Source of the DNA: Chrysomallon squamiferum
Lineage: Eukaryota > Animalia > Mollusca
DNA: 64,000 nt
Assembly: GCA_012295275.1 (NCBI GenBank)
Contig: CM022671.1
Coordinates: forward strand, 24,986,001-25,050,000
Direction: 5' to 3'
In this document: positions 40,634 through 53,665 of the stretch, piece by piece
Numbering within the stretch: position 1 is the stretch's first letter
Layout: every line of letters starts with the position of its first letter
The notes under the pieces: model-generated
Seen by the model: only the letters and a program-made list of their open reading frames with translations
Database searches by the model: none
Told to the model about the DNA's origin: nothing
Program-made: the position numbers and the translations under genes

Positions 40634-41632
40634 ATGTCGGTGAACGTAACGAATTCCTCTGACGTTATACATAAAGGTGTTATTGCAGGGGGCAGTTCTG
40701 TTATATTGTTTTCATTTTCAACGAGTGTCTTCATACTGGTAGTTCTTGTAAAATCTGCAATGACCTCTAGAGTTATTGGTTTGTTCATGGTTAATGAAGC
40801 TGTGTCAGACATAATGTTTCAAATCAATACAGTAATGTACTTTATGAAGTCAAAATTTGTCTTCACTTCGGCTCTGATGCCTGCCTTAGCATCCGTTAAA
40901 TGTTTCTCTATGATGGGGTTAAGCATAGTTCTATGTATTGCTATATGCAATCCTTTGAAATATATGGTTTTCGTTACAGTGAAGAGAGTGAAGGTATATA
41001 TGACAGTAATCTGGCTTTGGGTTCCCTTGGTGTTATGTTATGTTTATGTAGAAGGGACCTTTTTTACGATGAATGAATATTCGAAGAGACTTGACCCTAA
41101 CTACACTTCAATGAATTGGTGGGTTGGAGCTCTGAACATGACAGGTTTTGTTGCTGTTCCTTTCATAGTAATTACTGTATGTATGATAAAAATAACCAGA
41201 CATAAAAATGCTGCAATTTTGACTGATTCTAACGTCAAGCAAACGACAGAAAGCAAAATACGGTTGGCTAATTTCAACTCGATCATTTTCGTCATGTACA
41301 TCTTGACACAGTTGCCATTTCACGTCGTTTACTCCCTTCACATCGTTGATTCACGAGCAATGATATCAATGATTATCGGGTACTTTTTCTGGAACTTGAT
41401 GAAACCCATTGGCTACTTAATTCTGATGCGCAATTTCAGATATACCGCGATGAACATGTGTTGTCACGTTTGCATAAAGAAAACAAGCGGTAAAACTACA
41501 AAGGATCCTTCTGTTAAAGCCATGCCGACTGGAAACACAGACATACAGCAAAGTACAGAAGTTAGCGTTATAAAAACAAGAAATGAATTTCAAATGAAAG
41601 GACAAAACATAATAATTACAGGAGACATATAA
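40634..41632 (+). CDS. Intronless class-A-like 7TM receptor, copy A6 (332 aa)
   Basis: Intact ORF. A 1-nt insertion just before the stop used by A3/A4 extends the tail by IIITGDI. Confidence 0.9.
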   Translation: MSVNVTNSSDVIHKGVIAGGSSVILFSFSTSVFILVVLVKSAMTSRVIGLFMVNEAVSDIMFQINTVMYFMKSKFVFTSALMPALASVKCFSMMGLSIVLCIAICNPLKYMVFVTVKRVKVYMTVIWLWVPLVLCYVYVEGTFFTMNEYSKRLDPNYTSMNWWVGALNMTGFVAVPFIVITVCMIKITRHKNAAILTDSNVKQTTESKIRLANFNSIIFVMYILTQLPFHVVYSLHIVDSRAMISMIIGYFFWNLMKPIGYLILMRNFRYTAMNMCCHVCIKKTSGKTTKDPSVKAMPTGNTDIQQSTEVSVIKTRNEFQMKGQNIIITGDI

Positions 41633-42355
41633 GAAAAGGATTGTTACCATTATTGTTGTTGTTGTTGTAATTTAAATAAAAATTACAGGAGACATATAAG
41701 AAAGGACTCAAAATCGAGATATGTGAGTGAGTCAGTAGCCCACTCCGAGTTGTAATACGTTTTGTACTGTATATTTGTTTTACACAGTTATATTAATAAA
41801 CTAATACATACAAAACATTTTATTATTGCACTACAGGTGTTAAAATTATTGAAATAATGTTTTGTTTATTCATATTCTACAGTTTTGTTGTTGTTGATAT
41901 TTTGTGTTGTTGCAATTTTATTTTAATTATTGAGTTTTCCTTCTAATAATGATAACGATAATGATGATAATGGTTAAGATGATCATAATGACTATTGTTA
42001 CCATTATTGTTGTTGTTGTTGTTGTTATTGTTCAGTTTAACTTCATTATTAGTCTAAATAATTTCTAAAAAATAAAAATAGTTGTCAGTTTGCGCTAAAT
42101 CTTCTAATCCTGTGGAATTAGATATCACTTCTACTAGTTTGTTTCTAGAATCCAGTTGGTACACTTTCAAAACTCAAAATTGTTGTTCTGAAAAGTAATA
42201 ATAATATTAGTAGTAAACAGCACAGCGGCAGCAGCAACAGTAATAATAGTAGTGATAGTAGCCGTAGATTCATAGCGATAGAGCTAGTAGTAGGAGCAGA
42301 ACAATACGTAGTATATGTAGGTTAGTAACAGCAATAGCAGTGGCATTACGTTTTG

Positions 42356-42393
<38 letters not shown>

Positions 42394-43358
42394 TAGTAAT
42401 AAATTGTAGCAGAAATAGTAGTAGTAGTAGCAGAAGAAGAAGTAGTAGTAGTAGTAGTAGTTGTTGTTGTTATTTTTGTTATTGTCTTACCAACAACAGC
42501 AGTAATATATTACCATATGTTTGCACATAATAATGGATCTGAACTTCACAGTTATTCTTGACGAGTAGAAATACTATTAAACAGTTGTTAGAAATCTGCA
42601 TCAGGCTAATATATAAAAGCTATTTTGTAAGAAATATATAAACTGGCACAGGCTTTTATTTTTTAATTATTTAAGTTAATAATTTTCTGCGCACTTCACA
42701 AATCACTGGCAGTCTGAGTTTAATTAAAATCTGAAGGAGAAAAGAATATTAAAAATATATATATATGTATTAATATTTTTCTCATAGTGCTGCTTGAGGA
42801 ATAATATTGAATTTAATTTCACACTGACTGTAATCCTCAAAGCCATTTTATCAATATTTTTATTATCAACAATTGTTTTTTGTTGTGATGTAGGTTTTTT
42901 CATTTTCGAAGATTAAATCCTTTCAGTTGTTTTGTTATATACATTTTTTTTTTTCAAAACTTTTACATTTGAAATGATTAGTTTATAATTTTTTGTCGCC
43001 TCGGTTCTGTTTTTTATTATTTTTTATTTTTCCTTTTTTTTTTTTTTATTATTTTTTTTCTTGTAATAATCCATAATCCACATTCGCTCAGTTAATTAAC
43101 AAAGAGAATTGCAAAAAATCCATATTTAAAATGTTACTCTCAGAACACAGATAAAAAGATAAAGATGAAAAATAATTTCAAGATCGTAATAAATCTTTTA
43201 AAAACAAGTAAAATAGAAAGAAATAAAACGAAAAAATTACAAAACAAAATGAAGAATATGCGTAAGAATGTGTAAATGTATGTGTTCATTTCTTTATTTT
43301 TTCATTTGTGTGTTTGTTTATTTTGTTTGTTTATTTATTTATTTATTTATTTATTTAC

Positions 43359-43389
<31 letters not shown>

Positions 43390-43823
43390 TTTGTTTGTTC
43401 GTTCGTTCATTCATTTACTTGTTACTGATTTATTTGTTTTTGTTTTGTTTTATTTTACGTTTCCTTTTTTAATTTCATAAAAGTTCATTAGACGGGTAAT
43501 TACAAGTATTAACTTTCGTGTTTTAGATTCCATACCATATTCTTCAAATGAGCTGTTTTGACAATTTATTAACAGAGCAATTCAAAATGCCTTTAACTAT
43601 TATGGTAATTTAACACATTTACTTTCTTCAGAGAAGATTTTCACACCAGTCTGTTTACAGAAACACAAAATACCGGTAAATCCATTAATTCAATATATTT
43701 ATTATTACATAATTTCAGATGTGTTTTTTCAAAGAAGAAAAATTTCATATTGAAAATGAACAAACATAAACTAGAAGTAACATCCCTTCTCTTTTTTGTA
43801 TAATTATTATTATTATTTTCTAT

Positions 43824-43875
<52 letters not shown>

Positions 43876-44068
43876 GCCATCCCACAATTACTGCCACTGT
43901 CACTACTATATTGGTACTTTTATACTATTATATTCTACAAACATACCAGTAGACGTGACATCTAATGTCACGGGATTACGCAAACTGACAATAATTGCAA
44001 AGAATTTCTATTACTGATTTATTTACAACTGTGATACACATTATTTCTGTTGTTTCTGTTCTTGTTGC

Positions 44069-44155
<87 letters not shown>

Positions 44156-45564
44156 TTTATTTATTTATTTATTTTCTTATATATATATAAATAAGAGAAA
44201 AAGTAATTAATTTATATTCAGTATAGTTTCACCCCATGCCAACAAAGTACTTATATTATCATTAGCGTATAGAGAACGTGGAAATCAACATATTTGATTT
44301 AATTATCTTTTCATTGAGTATAACAACATCGAATTAGCATCACTATCCACTACATTGTCACACATATGGAAAATATTTTAAATAATCAAAGTAAACATTT
44401 TACTGCACTGCAACTGAAATTAAATACTATCGCTAGCACTCACACACACACACTTTTTTTACAGTTTGTATGGATAGTAAACGCAAAGTATTTCATAACG
44501 AAGTACAAGAAAGAGGTAAACAATTCAAATGGTAAATTCAAAATAGTTTTTGTATTTTATGTTTCTATTAAAAATATTTATTAAAAAACAAATTGGAAAT
44601 AAATTATAGAAATATGGCAGAGTCATTAATAAACTATGCTCAGTCTTCTGAGGCATTTTATGAATATCACAGAACGAATACATGACTTGGAATGAACCGT
44701 TTCCTCGTAGAACAAGTTATGTATATAAAAATGCTTTTCAGAATGAGTACATTAATTTAAAATATTTGCTTTAATTTCATGTGGTTTATTCCGTAATTCT
44801 TTCAAATGTACAGTATTCTGATAGTTGAAACTTCGTTCTAACTGGATATACTTTTAAAAAAAAATTTAACAAAATAAAAATCTTTTGATCACAATTACGT
44901 TCGTAACGTATAATATTTTTCATGAGATTATACCATTTCATTTTGTCTGTTTGTTTGTCTTCTTTTTCGCTTGGAATAAAATATTATTAATGCTGAAACA
45001 ATTTGTCTTTTCTTTTCTAATTACACTTAACGTTATGCAAAGTTAATATATTTTAACTATTTAAATAATGTACTAAAGGAACCACTGCTTTTCAAATCGT
45101 TAACCTGTTTATGCTGACTTAGAAATTGTGAGTAATTCAGTAAACAGTGTTCAGAGTAATTTATTCCCTAAACTTAGATCCCGTCATATGTATATGCACA
45201 AATGTGAGTCTGTTTGTGTGTTTATATATGTGTGCATGTGTGCGTCTGTGTGTATATAAGGAAAGACACAGTTGTATAAATATATATTCCTTCCATAACA
45301 GCCCTTTCACTGCCAAGAGTAACACAGAATTATAATTATTCTTTCTCTGTACTACATCATAAAATATTAATATATAAGTTTTCTACTTAAAAACAAACTA
45401 AGGTGAATTAAATAAATGCTTTTTATTACTAACCATGAAATTATGGTTTCTGCAGTTTAAACGAATTGGAAATTCATACATAACTGCATGATTATTATTT
45501 GAACTGGATCATAACTTTTAGTTACTGAGCTAAATTAGAAATCACGAGTACATGAAAAAATACA

Positions 45565-46002
45565 TTATTAGAAGGTACATATTGCAAGTTAGTGAATGTA
45601 CTAAAATAATGTATTCAAATTGCACACCTCAGAACTGGTGGGTAACAGCACTTAATTTATCAGGACTGGCTGTTTTTAATCTCATTGTGATCACTGTGTG
45701 TGTAATTAAGATCGTCAGACACCAGAAAACTGCAATCTTGTCTAACTGTTACAGCAAGAGCGCTACAGAAAGTAAAATTAGTTTGACCGAAGTGTTTCAT
45801 TTTTCATTGACTATTGCAACTTCCATACAGTAAAGTCATAATTAATGCATTCATGGATTTTCTTTTCTCAGTGTATCCTTCAGACAAACTTTTTATTTAT
45901 TTAATTGTGACGCTAAATTTGAGACGGACTTCGTTGATATCGTGTACATGTATTTGGAGACATAACACACTTCACAGGAATGATAAAAACGTTGCAACAT
46001 AA
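45565..46002 (+). pseudogene. C-type receptor pseudogene (3' half)
   Basis: QNWWVTALNLSG...ESKISL, a frameshift, then QLPYS...KLFIYL...NLRRT. The TM6 lesion is the same as in the copy at 17.7 kb. Confidence 0.8.
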
Positions 46003-47459
46003 AAAATATCAAAAGCTGACGTTGACATCCATTTACTGAATGTAGCACTACTGGTGCTTAAGATAAAGGTTCTATAGATAACGGAATATTAGTTCTGATC
46101 AAATGAATGACACTCTGCCTTTTGTAGTTTGCTCGGTTTCACATACACTGTTAATGTAACTTTGCTTTGAAACACTGGGTAATGTATATCTCAAAACAAA
46201 TTGCAGACACAGCAAATCATCTTTGCATGATCCCCTATCCAAACAAATACTTTCTTATTTTTGAAATTTAAGTGCAGGTATAGTAATATTACTAAACATA
46301 GTTACGGTTATCAAGGCTTTATTATACAGTATTAATACATTTTCTTATTACGTTGTGATCTTTTTCTTTCCAATAAGCATTTTTTAATTTTTGTTATTAG
46401 TATTTGTTGCAAAAGTATTTGAATAATGTAATTAAGATAAAGAAAAAGAAACGTTTTTCCAGCATTATAAATATATAATTTCAACGAAAATTATGACAGA
46501 TAAGATGAAATAAAACATTCTCACAGAAAATTCATTTAATGATAAGCAAATTTATGTTCCTCATAATATTAAAAATCAGATAACGCACATATTTCCATCG
46601 ACATGCTCAACGTAACATTAAAAATCAGATATCTCGTACATTTTCACTGACATGTTCTACATAACTTTAAAAATCAGATTTTCCATCGACATTTTCTATA
46701 TTTCAATTTTACTTGATTTACTCCCCAATTCTTTCATATGTACAGTATTCGAATCGTTGAAAGTTCATGATAATCAGTGTTTATTTTAAAAAGTTTGTTG
46801 TTCCTCTATCATATGTTTATCTAATTTCAGTTACACTATAATAACAATGAAAAGAGAAGTTAACTTTCTTTCGTTCAGTCAATTCTTTTATTTATTTATT
46901 TATCTTTTGATTTTTCTATATTTGTTTTTGTTCTTTTATTCTTGACGCTTATTTACTTATTCAAAGTATACTAGTAGTAGTAGTAACAGCTGTTGTTGTA
47001 GTTGTTGTTATTATACCAGTAGTAATAGTTAGTAGCAGTTTATTTTTCTACCGTAAATAAAGTTAATTAGACTATCAGAAGTTTTTATTTTTATTATAAT
47101 TACTATTACTTTACTATTATCATCATCATCATCAAAAATCATGTTAGTACATAAGTATTTTATCAACAGCATGTACTGAAATTAGTTTTTCGTATATGAA
47201 AGACTAATTTAAACATTTGCAGAGTTAATAGTTTTAAATGTTGTTTAATGATTAATACTGTGGAATATAGCATGACTGTAACAATGACATAAAAAAAGAA
47301 TTAAGAGTATATTAAATAGCAATATTTTGTTAATGATCTATTTTGTGAATTTTCAGTAATATTCACTTGTCTCCATTATTAAAACACAACTCGTACAATA
47401 CACAGAATCATTCACTTCGTCAAATTTTCATCTGATATTTAATTTATCCTCTTGCGTCC

Positions 47460-47742
47460 TATCCAGAAAAACATTTAACAGAGGCAAAGGATGCAACCAA
47501 ACCCATTCCAAACATTAGTTTTGACTTGTAGAAACAGGCTATTAGAAATGTCGCAGTGTTTAAGTGTAACATGATTTCGACTAGAAGCTCCTTGGTCTTA
47601 AAGTGGCCAATGACACAGAAACGCATACTGAACTTTGCAAGAATCATCCCTTTGAAGACGTTTAAAAATCTCACACTATAACACAGCTGTTTGCTATTGT
47701 GGTATCCTTACAAAAGACATCAGAGATATTAGCTACAGTCAT
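47460..47742 (-). pseudogene. 5'-half B-type pseudogene, head-to-head with A7
   Basis: ORF 47459..47674 reads VIGHFKTKELLVEIMLHLNTATF...SFASVKCFSG; same truncation point as the copy at 38965. Confidence 0.75.
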
Positions 47743-48286
47743 TATTATGCTTAAACCCTGTTCAAAATGAATATGGCATCCATTCGATTTTCGAATAGAA
47801 TCTTAACAGCTGTAGACTTTTGTTGTTCTTTATTGGAAATACCCTCAGGGATATATATATTTTTGAAATTTTGTTTCTGCTATTTCGAAAATGTTTCACA
47901 TCTTCATATTCACCGAAAACTCTCTTATATATAATTATATATGTATGTATGTGTGTGTATGTATGTATGTATGAATTTATTTGTATCTATGTGTGTATGT
48001 ATGTGTGTATGTATGCATGTATATATGTATGTTGTTATGTAAGTATGTATGTATGTATGTGTGTGTGTGTATGTATGTATGTATGTAAGTAAGTAACTAT
48101 GTATGTGCATGTGTCAATGTCAGCAGAGTATTGCTGATTTATTACCAAAGAAACACCGAGCGGTATCTACATTTACCAGCTATAAGATCACGAACCGCCT
48201 TTATATCTCAATACATAATAATAAGTGTGTATGTTTGTGTGTCTATGCGCGTGCGCACGTGTAAATGCGTCAAGTTGTCACGGTCA

Positions 48287-48345
<59 letters not shown>

Positions 48346-48566
48346 AAACATATATACATACACAGAAACACACACACACGTACACACGCACATATTTACA
48401 CTTGTACAGAAATGTTTCGGGTTGACGCCGTAACAACAGCGCCGTTTCCAAAACAATTATGAAAGTAACGCACGCCATCAACTTGAGTATTGTTTTGTGA
48501 TTATAGTATAGAGAATTACCAGCTATCAATGAAAATGCCGTTACTTTATTATCTATCGATATGATG

Positions 48567-48604
<38 letters not shown>

Positions 48605-48909
48605 ACATACACACGCACACACATTAGCATTTATCATTCTGCATACCTACCTAACTATCTTCCTACCTCGAGCCATTATTTGTTTACCTGTGTATGAATG
48701 TAACGGGAAATAACAAAGTAAAAACACAAACAAACACTTACTAGCGAAAGAGGTTGAACACGAACTTAAGCGCTGGGCATGTCACGTTCTAAAACTAACA
48801 AATATAATTACAAACCCGCCTATTTCTCTAATAACAAAACAAGCTTTTGTTATACATCCAATAGATAGAAACGTACATATAGACAGAAACCTACCTGTGT
48901 GTATATGTA

Positions 48910-49002
48910 TATGTAGGTCATGCTGTCAATCAAAATTCTCAGTACATAAATTTATTTTACATAAGTTAACCAATGAGAAGCATCAGAAATTAAGTATAAA
49001 AG
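48910..49002 (+). promoter_or_regulatory. Putative A7 promoter module (all four motifs at consensus)
   Basis: TATGTAGGTCA 48910, CTGTCAATCA 48923, CCAAT 48970, TATAAAAG 48995. Confidence 0.55.
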
Positions 49003-49335
49003 ATGTAGAAATTAGAGCATTCACATTTTTCTCACCAAATCAGTAGTGAATTGTGTTACATTCACCTTACTAAGACAACATACAAGTGGTCAGCAAAGTA
49101 TTATCTTCAAATTCATAGCAAGAAGAAAAAAGAAAGTGAAAAATTCGAATCTGTTTTAATAAGGATAATTTTCAACGTATAATTATTTTTAGAAGAAACA
49201 TTTAGCATTTGTTTTATTTTCAAGTATTTTAATTTCATTATTGTTTCTCTTGTACTACATCAGTGTGAAATCAGGAAAATTTATCCTTTGATATAATACA
49301 GCAAGTCGTATGTTCATAGTGAAGAAGAAACAACG

Positions 49336-50295
49336 ATGTCGGTGAACGTAACCAATTCCTCTGACGTTATATCTAAAGCTATTGTTGCAGGGGGCAGTTC
49401 TGTTATACTGTTTGCATTTTCAACGAGTGTCTTCATAGTGGTAGTTCTTGTAAAATCTGCAATGACCTCTGGAGTTATTGGTTTGTTCATGGTTAACGAA
49501 GCTGTGTCAGACATAATGTTTCAAATCAATACAGCGACGTATTTTATGAAGTCAAAATTTGTCTTCACTTCGGCTTTGATGCCTGCCTTGGCATCCGTTA
49601 AATGTTTCTCTATGATGGGGTTAAGCATAGTTCTATGTATTGCTATATGCAATCCTTTGAAATATATGGTTTACGTTGCAGTGAAGAGAGTGAAGATATA
49701 TATTACAGTAATCTGGCTCTGGGTTCCTTTGGTGTTGTTTTGCGCTTATGTAGAGGGAACGTTTTTCACGATGAATGAATATTCGAAGAGATTTGATCCT
49801 AACTACACTTCAACGAACTGGTGGGTTGGAGCTCTTAACATGACAGGTTCTATTGCTGCTCCTTTCATAGTAATTATTGTGTGTATGACAAAAATAACCA
49901 GATATAAAAATGCTGCAATTCTAACTAATTCTAAAGTTAATCAATCGACAGAAAGCAAAATACGTTTGGCTAATTTCAACACGATCATTTTCGCAACGTA
50001 CGTCTTGACACAGTTGCCATTTCACGTTGTTTACTCCCTTCACATCGTTGATACACGAGTAACGATATCAATGATTATCGGGTACTTTTTGTGCAGCTTG
50101 ATGAAACCCGTTGGATATTTATTTCTGATGCGCAATTTCAGATTTACCGCGATGAACATCTGTTGTTATGTTTGCATAAAGAAAACAAGCGGTAAAACTA
50201 CCAAGGATCCTTCAGTGAAAGCCGTGTCGACTAGAAACACAGACAAACAACAAAGTACAGAAGTTAGCGTTATAAAAACAACAAATGATTTATAA
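49336..50295 (+). CDS. Intronless class-A-like 7TM receptor, copy A7 (319 aa)
   Basis: Intact 7TM ORF; tail slightly shortened by TAA where paralogs have CAA. Confidence 0.9.
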   Translation: MSVNVTNSSDVISKAIVAGGSSVILFAFSTSVFIVVVLVKSAMTSGVIGLFMVNEAVSDIMFQINTATYFMKSKFVFTSALMPALASVKCFSMMGLSIVLCIAICNPLKYMVYVAVKRVKIYITVIWLWVPLVLFCAYVEGTFFTMNEYSKRFDPNYTSTNWWVGALNMTGSIAAPFIVIIVCMTKITRYKNAAILTNSKVNQSTESKIRLANFNTIIFATYVLTQLPFHVVYSLHIVDTRVTISMIIGYFLCSLMKPVGYLFLMRNFRFTAMNICCYVCIKKTSGKTTKDPSVKAVSTRNTDKQQSTEVSVIKTTNDL

Positions 50296-52185
50296 TGAGA
50301 GGAGAAAACTACTAATTAAAGAAAAAAATAGCTACTTTCTTTACATCTTGGTCAAACGATTCGAGAATATCGTGCAATATATTCTGTGTACCCTGGGAAT
50401 AGTGAAACAAAATCGAGAAATGTGAATTACTCAATAGTTCACTCTCAGATGCAAGTTTGAGGACACAGGTCTGGAATAATATTTAATGTTTGGTTTCGTT
50501 AATAATATTTGTTTTACACAGTTATATTAATAAACTAATACATATGAAACATTTTATTATTAGATTACAATTGTTAAAAATATTGAAATAATGTTTTGTT
50601 TATTCATATTGTACAGTTGTATTTCTGACAGTGATACAGTATCTGGATGATATTTTGTGTTGTTGCAGTTTTATTAGTTCTTCTTCAGTCGTTACTGTAT
50701 TAATATTGCGTTTTCCTTCTAATAATGATAACGATAATGATGATAATGGTGAAGATGATGACAATAACAATAGTTATGATAATGCGTATAATTATACTTA
50801 TAATAATAATTATGTTCAGAATGACCATAATAAATCTGAATAGGTATATTTACAAAAATAATGTATATTACAGTCATAAATAAATTAATAATAGAACTTT
50901 TATATATATCAAATTAAAGCTTCTACATTTATTATAATATTCAACATTATCAACATCAGCATTTCATTATTATTATCATCTTTATTACCATTATTATTGT
51001 AGTAGTTGTTGTTATTGTTAAATTTAACTGCATTATTAGACTAAATAATTTAAAAAAATAAAAAAATAATTGTCAGTTTGCGCTAAATCTTCTAATCCCG
51101 AGAAACACTTCTACTGGTGTGTTTCTAGAATCCACTAACACTTAATAAGTGGATAAAATAAAAAGTACTCAAAACTGTTGTTCTGGAAAGTAATAATAAT
51201 AATACTAGACACACCAGCAGTAGTAATACTAGTAATATCAGTAACAGTGGTAATAGTAGCCATAGATTGATAGTAGTAGTAGTAGTAGTAGAACAATATG
51301 TTGTATATGTTGGTTAGTAATAGAAGTATCAGTGGCATAATAATAATAATAAATAAATAAATAACAATAGTACTTGTAACAGTAGTAATAGTAGTATAAT
51401 AGAACCAATCTAGTAGCAAGTGTGGGATTGCATTTGATATATAAATAATGATAATAGTCATCCTCATCATCGTCATTATCATCATCATCATTATTAGTAG
51501 TAGTAGTATTTGAAATAATACTTGTTATATTAGCACGAGTGATACTTGTAGTAGAAATAGTAGCAGTAGTAGCAGAAAAAGAAGAAGTAGTAGTAGTTGT
51601 TGTTATTTTTGTTATTGTCTTAGCAACAATAGCCGTAATACTAACGTTAATATTCAACTATATATTTGTACATGATAATGAATCTGCATTAAAAAGTAAT
51701 TTTTGAAGAGCAGAAATAGTATTAAACAGTTGTTAGAAATTTGCATCAGCCTAATGTATAAAAGAAATATATAAACTGGCGTAGATTTTCCTTTTTAATT
51801 ATTTACGTTAATCATTTTCTGCGCACTGCACAAAACACTTGCAGTCCGAGTTTGATTAAAATCTAAAGGAGAAAAGAAAATTAAAAATATATATATATCG
51901 TAATGTTTTTTTCTAATAGAGTTGTTTGGATAATACTATTGAATTTAACAATCACATTGACTGTAATCTTCAAAGCCATTTGATTAATATTTTAATTATC
52001 AATAAAAATGTTTGTTGTGATGTTGGTTTTTTTACATCTTCGATGATTAAATCCTTTCAGTTCGTTTGTTATATACATCTTTTTTTCAAAGCTTTTTCAT
52101 TTCAGATGATTAGTTTGTAATTTTTGCCTCCTCGGTTTTTCTTTTTTCTTATTTTTCCTTTTTCTTTTTTCTTATTTTTCCTTTT

Positions 52186-52231
<46 letters not shown>

Positions 52232-53504
52232 TTTTAATACATAATCCATATTCGCTCAGTTAATTAACCCATATTTAAAATATTATTCACAGAACACAGA
52301 TAAAAAGGTAAAGATCCAAAGTAATTCTAAGTTAGTAACAAATATTTAAAAAAAACAAGTAAAAACAGAAAGAAATAAAACGAAAAAGTATTAATATAAA
52401 ATAAAGAATATTAATTTCATTTGTTTGTTTGTTTGTTTGTTTAGTAGTTTGTTTATTTATTTATTTGTATATTTATTTATTTATTTATTTATTCTTTTGT
52501 TTGTTTGTTCATCCATTTACTTGTTACTGATTTATTTATACTTTTACTTTTTCTTTTTTAATTATATATAAATTTATTACACAATTCACTGCAGGTATTA
52601 ATATTTGTTTTTTAGATTCCATACCCGATTCTTCAAATGAGCTGTTTTTACAATTTCATTATGTTCCTTACTTTTTGTAAGATCAGCAGAGCAGTTCAAA
52701 ATGCAATTAACTATGGCGATTTCACACATTTACTTTCTTCAAATAAGATTTTTACACCAGAATGTTTGTAAATACAGAAAGACCAAGAAAACGTAAATCC
52801 GCTAATTTAGTGTATTTATTATTACTTAATTTTAGACGTGCTTTTTCATACCAGAAAAATTTCTAATTGAAAATCATCAAATATAAACTAGGAGAAATAT
52901 CCGTACTGACCGTCCTTTTTATATTATTATTATTAATAAAAGTAATTAATTTGTACTCAGTTTAGTTTCATGCCGTCTCAACAAAGTACTTGAATTATAA
53001 TTAGCCTATATAGAGCGTGGAAGTCAACACAATTGGTTTAGTTGTATTTCCACTGAGCATAACAACATGAAACTACTGTTACTATCTACAACACTGTTAC
53101 ACACACGGAACATATTTTATGTGATCAAAGTTAACAATTTACTGCACCGTAACTGAAACTTAATACTGTCGCTAGCATACGCACACTTTTTTACAGTTTG
53201 TTTGCATGTCAAACGCAAATTATTTCATAACGAAGCTGAAGAAGCAGCTAAAAATTCAAATGGTAAATTCAACATTATTTTCATTTTATTTTTCTATGAA
53301 AATACCTGAATCATTAACAAACTATGCTCAGACTTCTGCAGCAAGTTTTGAATATCGCAGAACGGGTACAATTATTAATGACTTGGAATGAACTGTTTTA
53401 CTGGTAGAACAAGTTATGTATATAAAAATGCTTTACAGAATGAGTGTATTAATTTTACAGTCTTTGCTTTTACTTTGTGTGATTTATTCCGTAATTTCTT
53501 CAAA

Positions 53505-53665
53505 TCACTGAGAGTGTGTAACTGAGATCGTCAGACACCAGAAAACTGCAGTTTTCACCAACTGTTACAACACGAGAGCTGTATAAAGTAAAATTCTTTT
53601 GGTTGAAGTTTTTCATTTTTCATACACTGTTACAACTTCCATACAGTAAAGTCATAATTAATGCA
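53505..53665 (+). pseudogene. Short C-type remnant (ICL3-TM6)
   Basis: agatcgtcagacaccagaaaactgcag...caacttccatacagtaaagtcataattaatgca, flanked by deletion junctions. Confidence 0.7.

Noticed and set aside
45565-47742. Idea that truncated B (5' half) and C (3' half) are one gene split by inversion
   Set aside because: The near-full-length B copies at 540-1293 and 15676-16430 have their own 3' halves, which differ from C.
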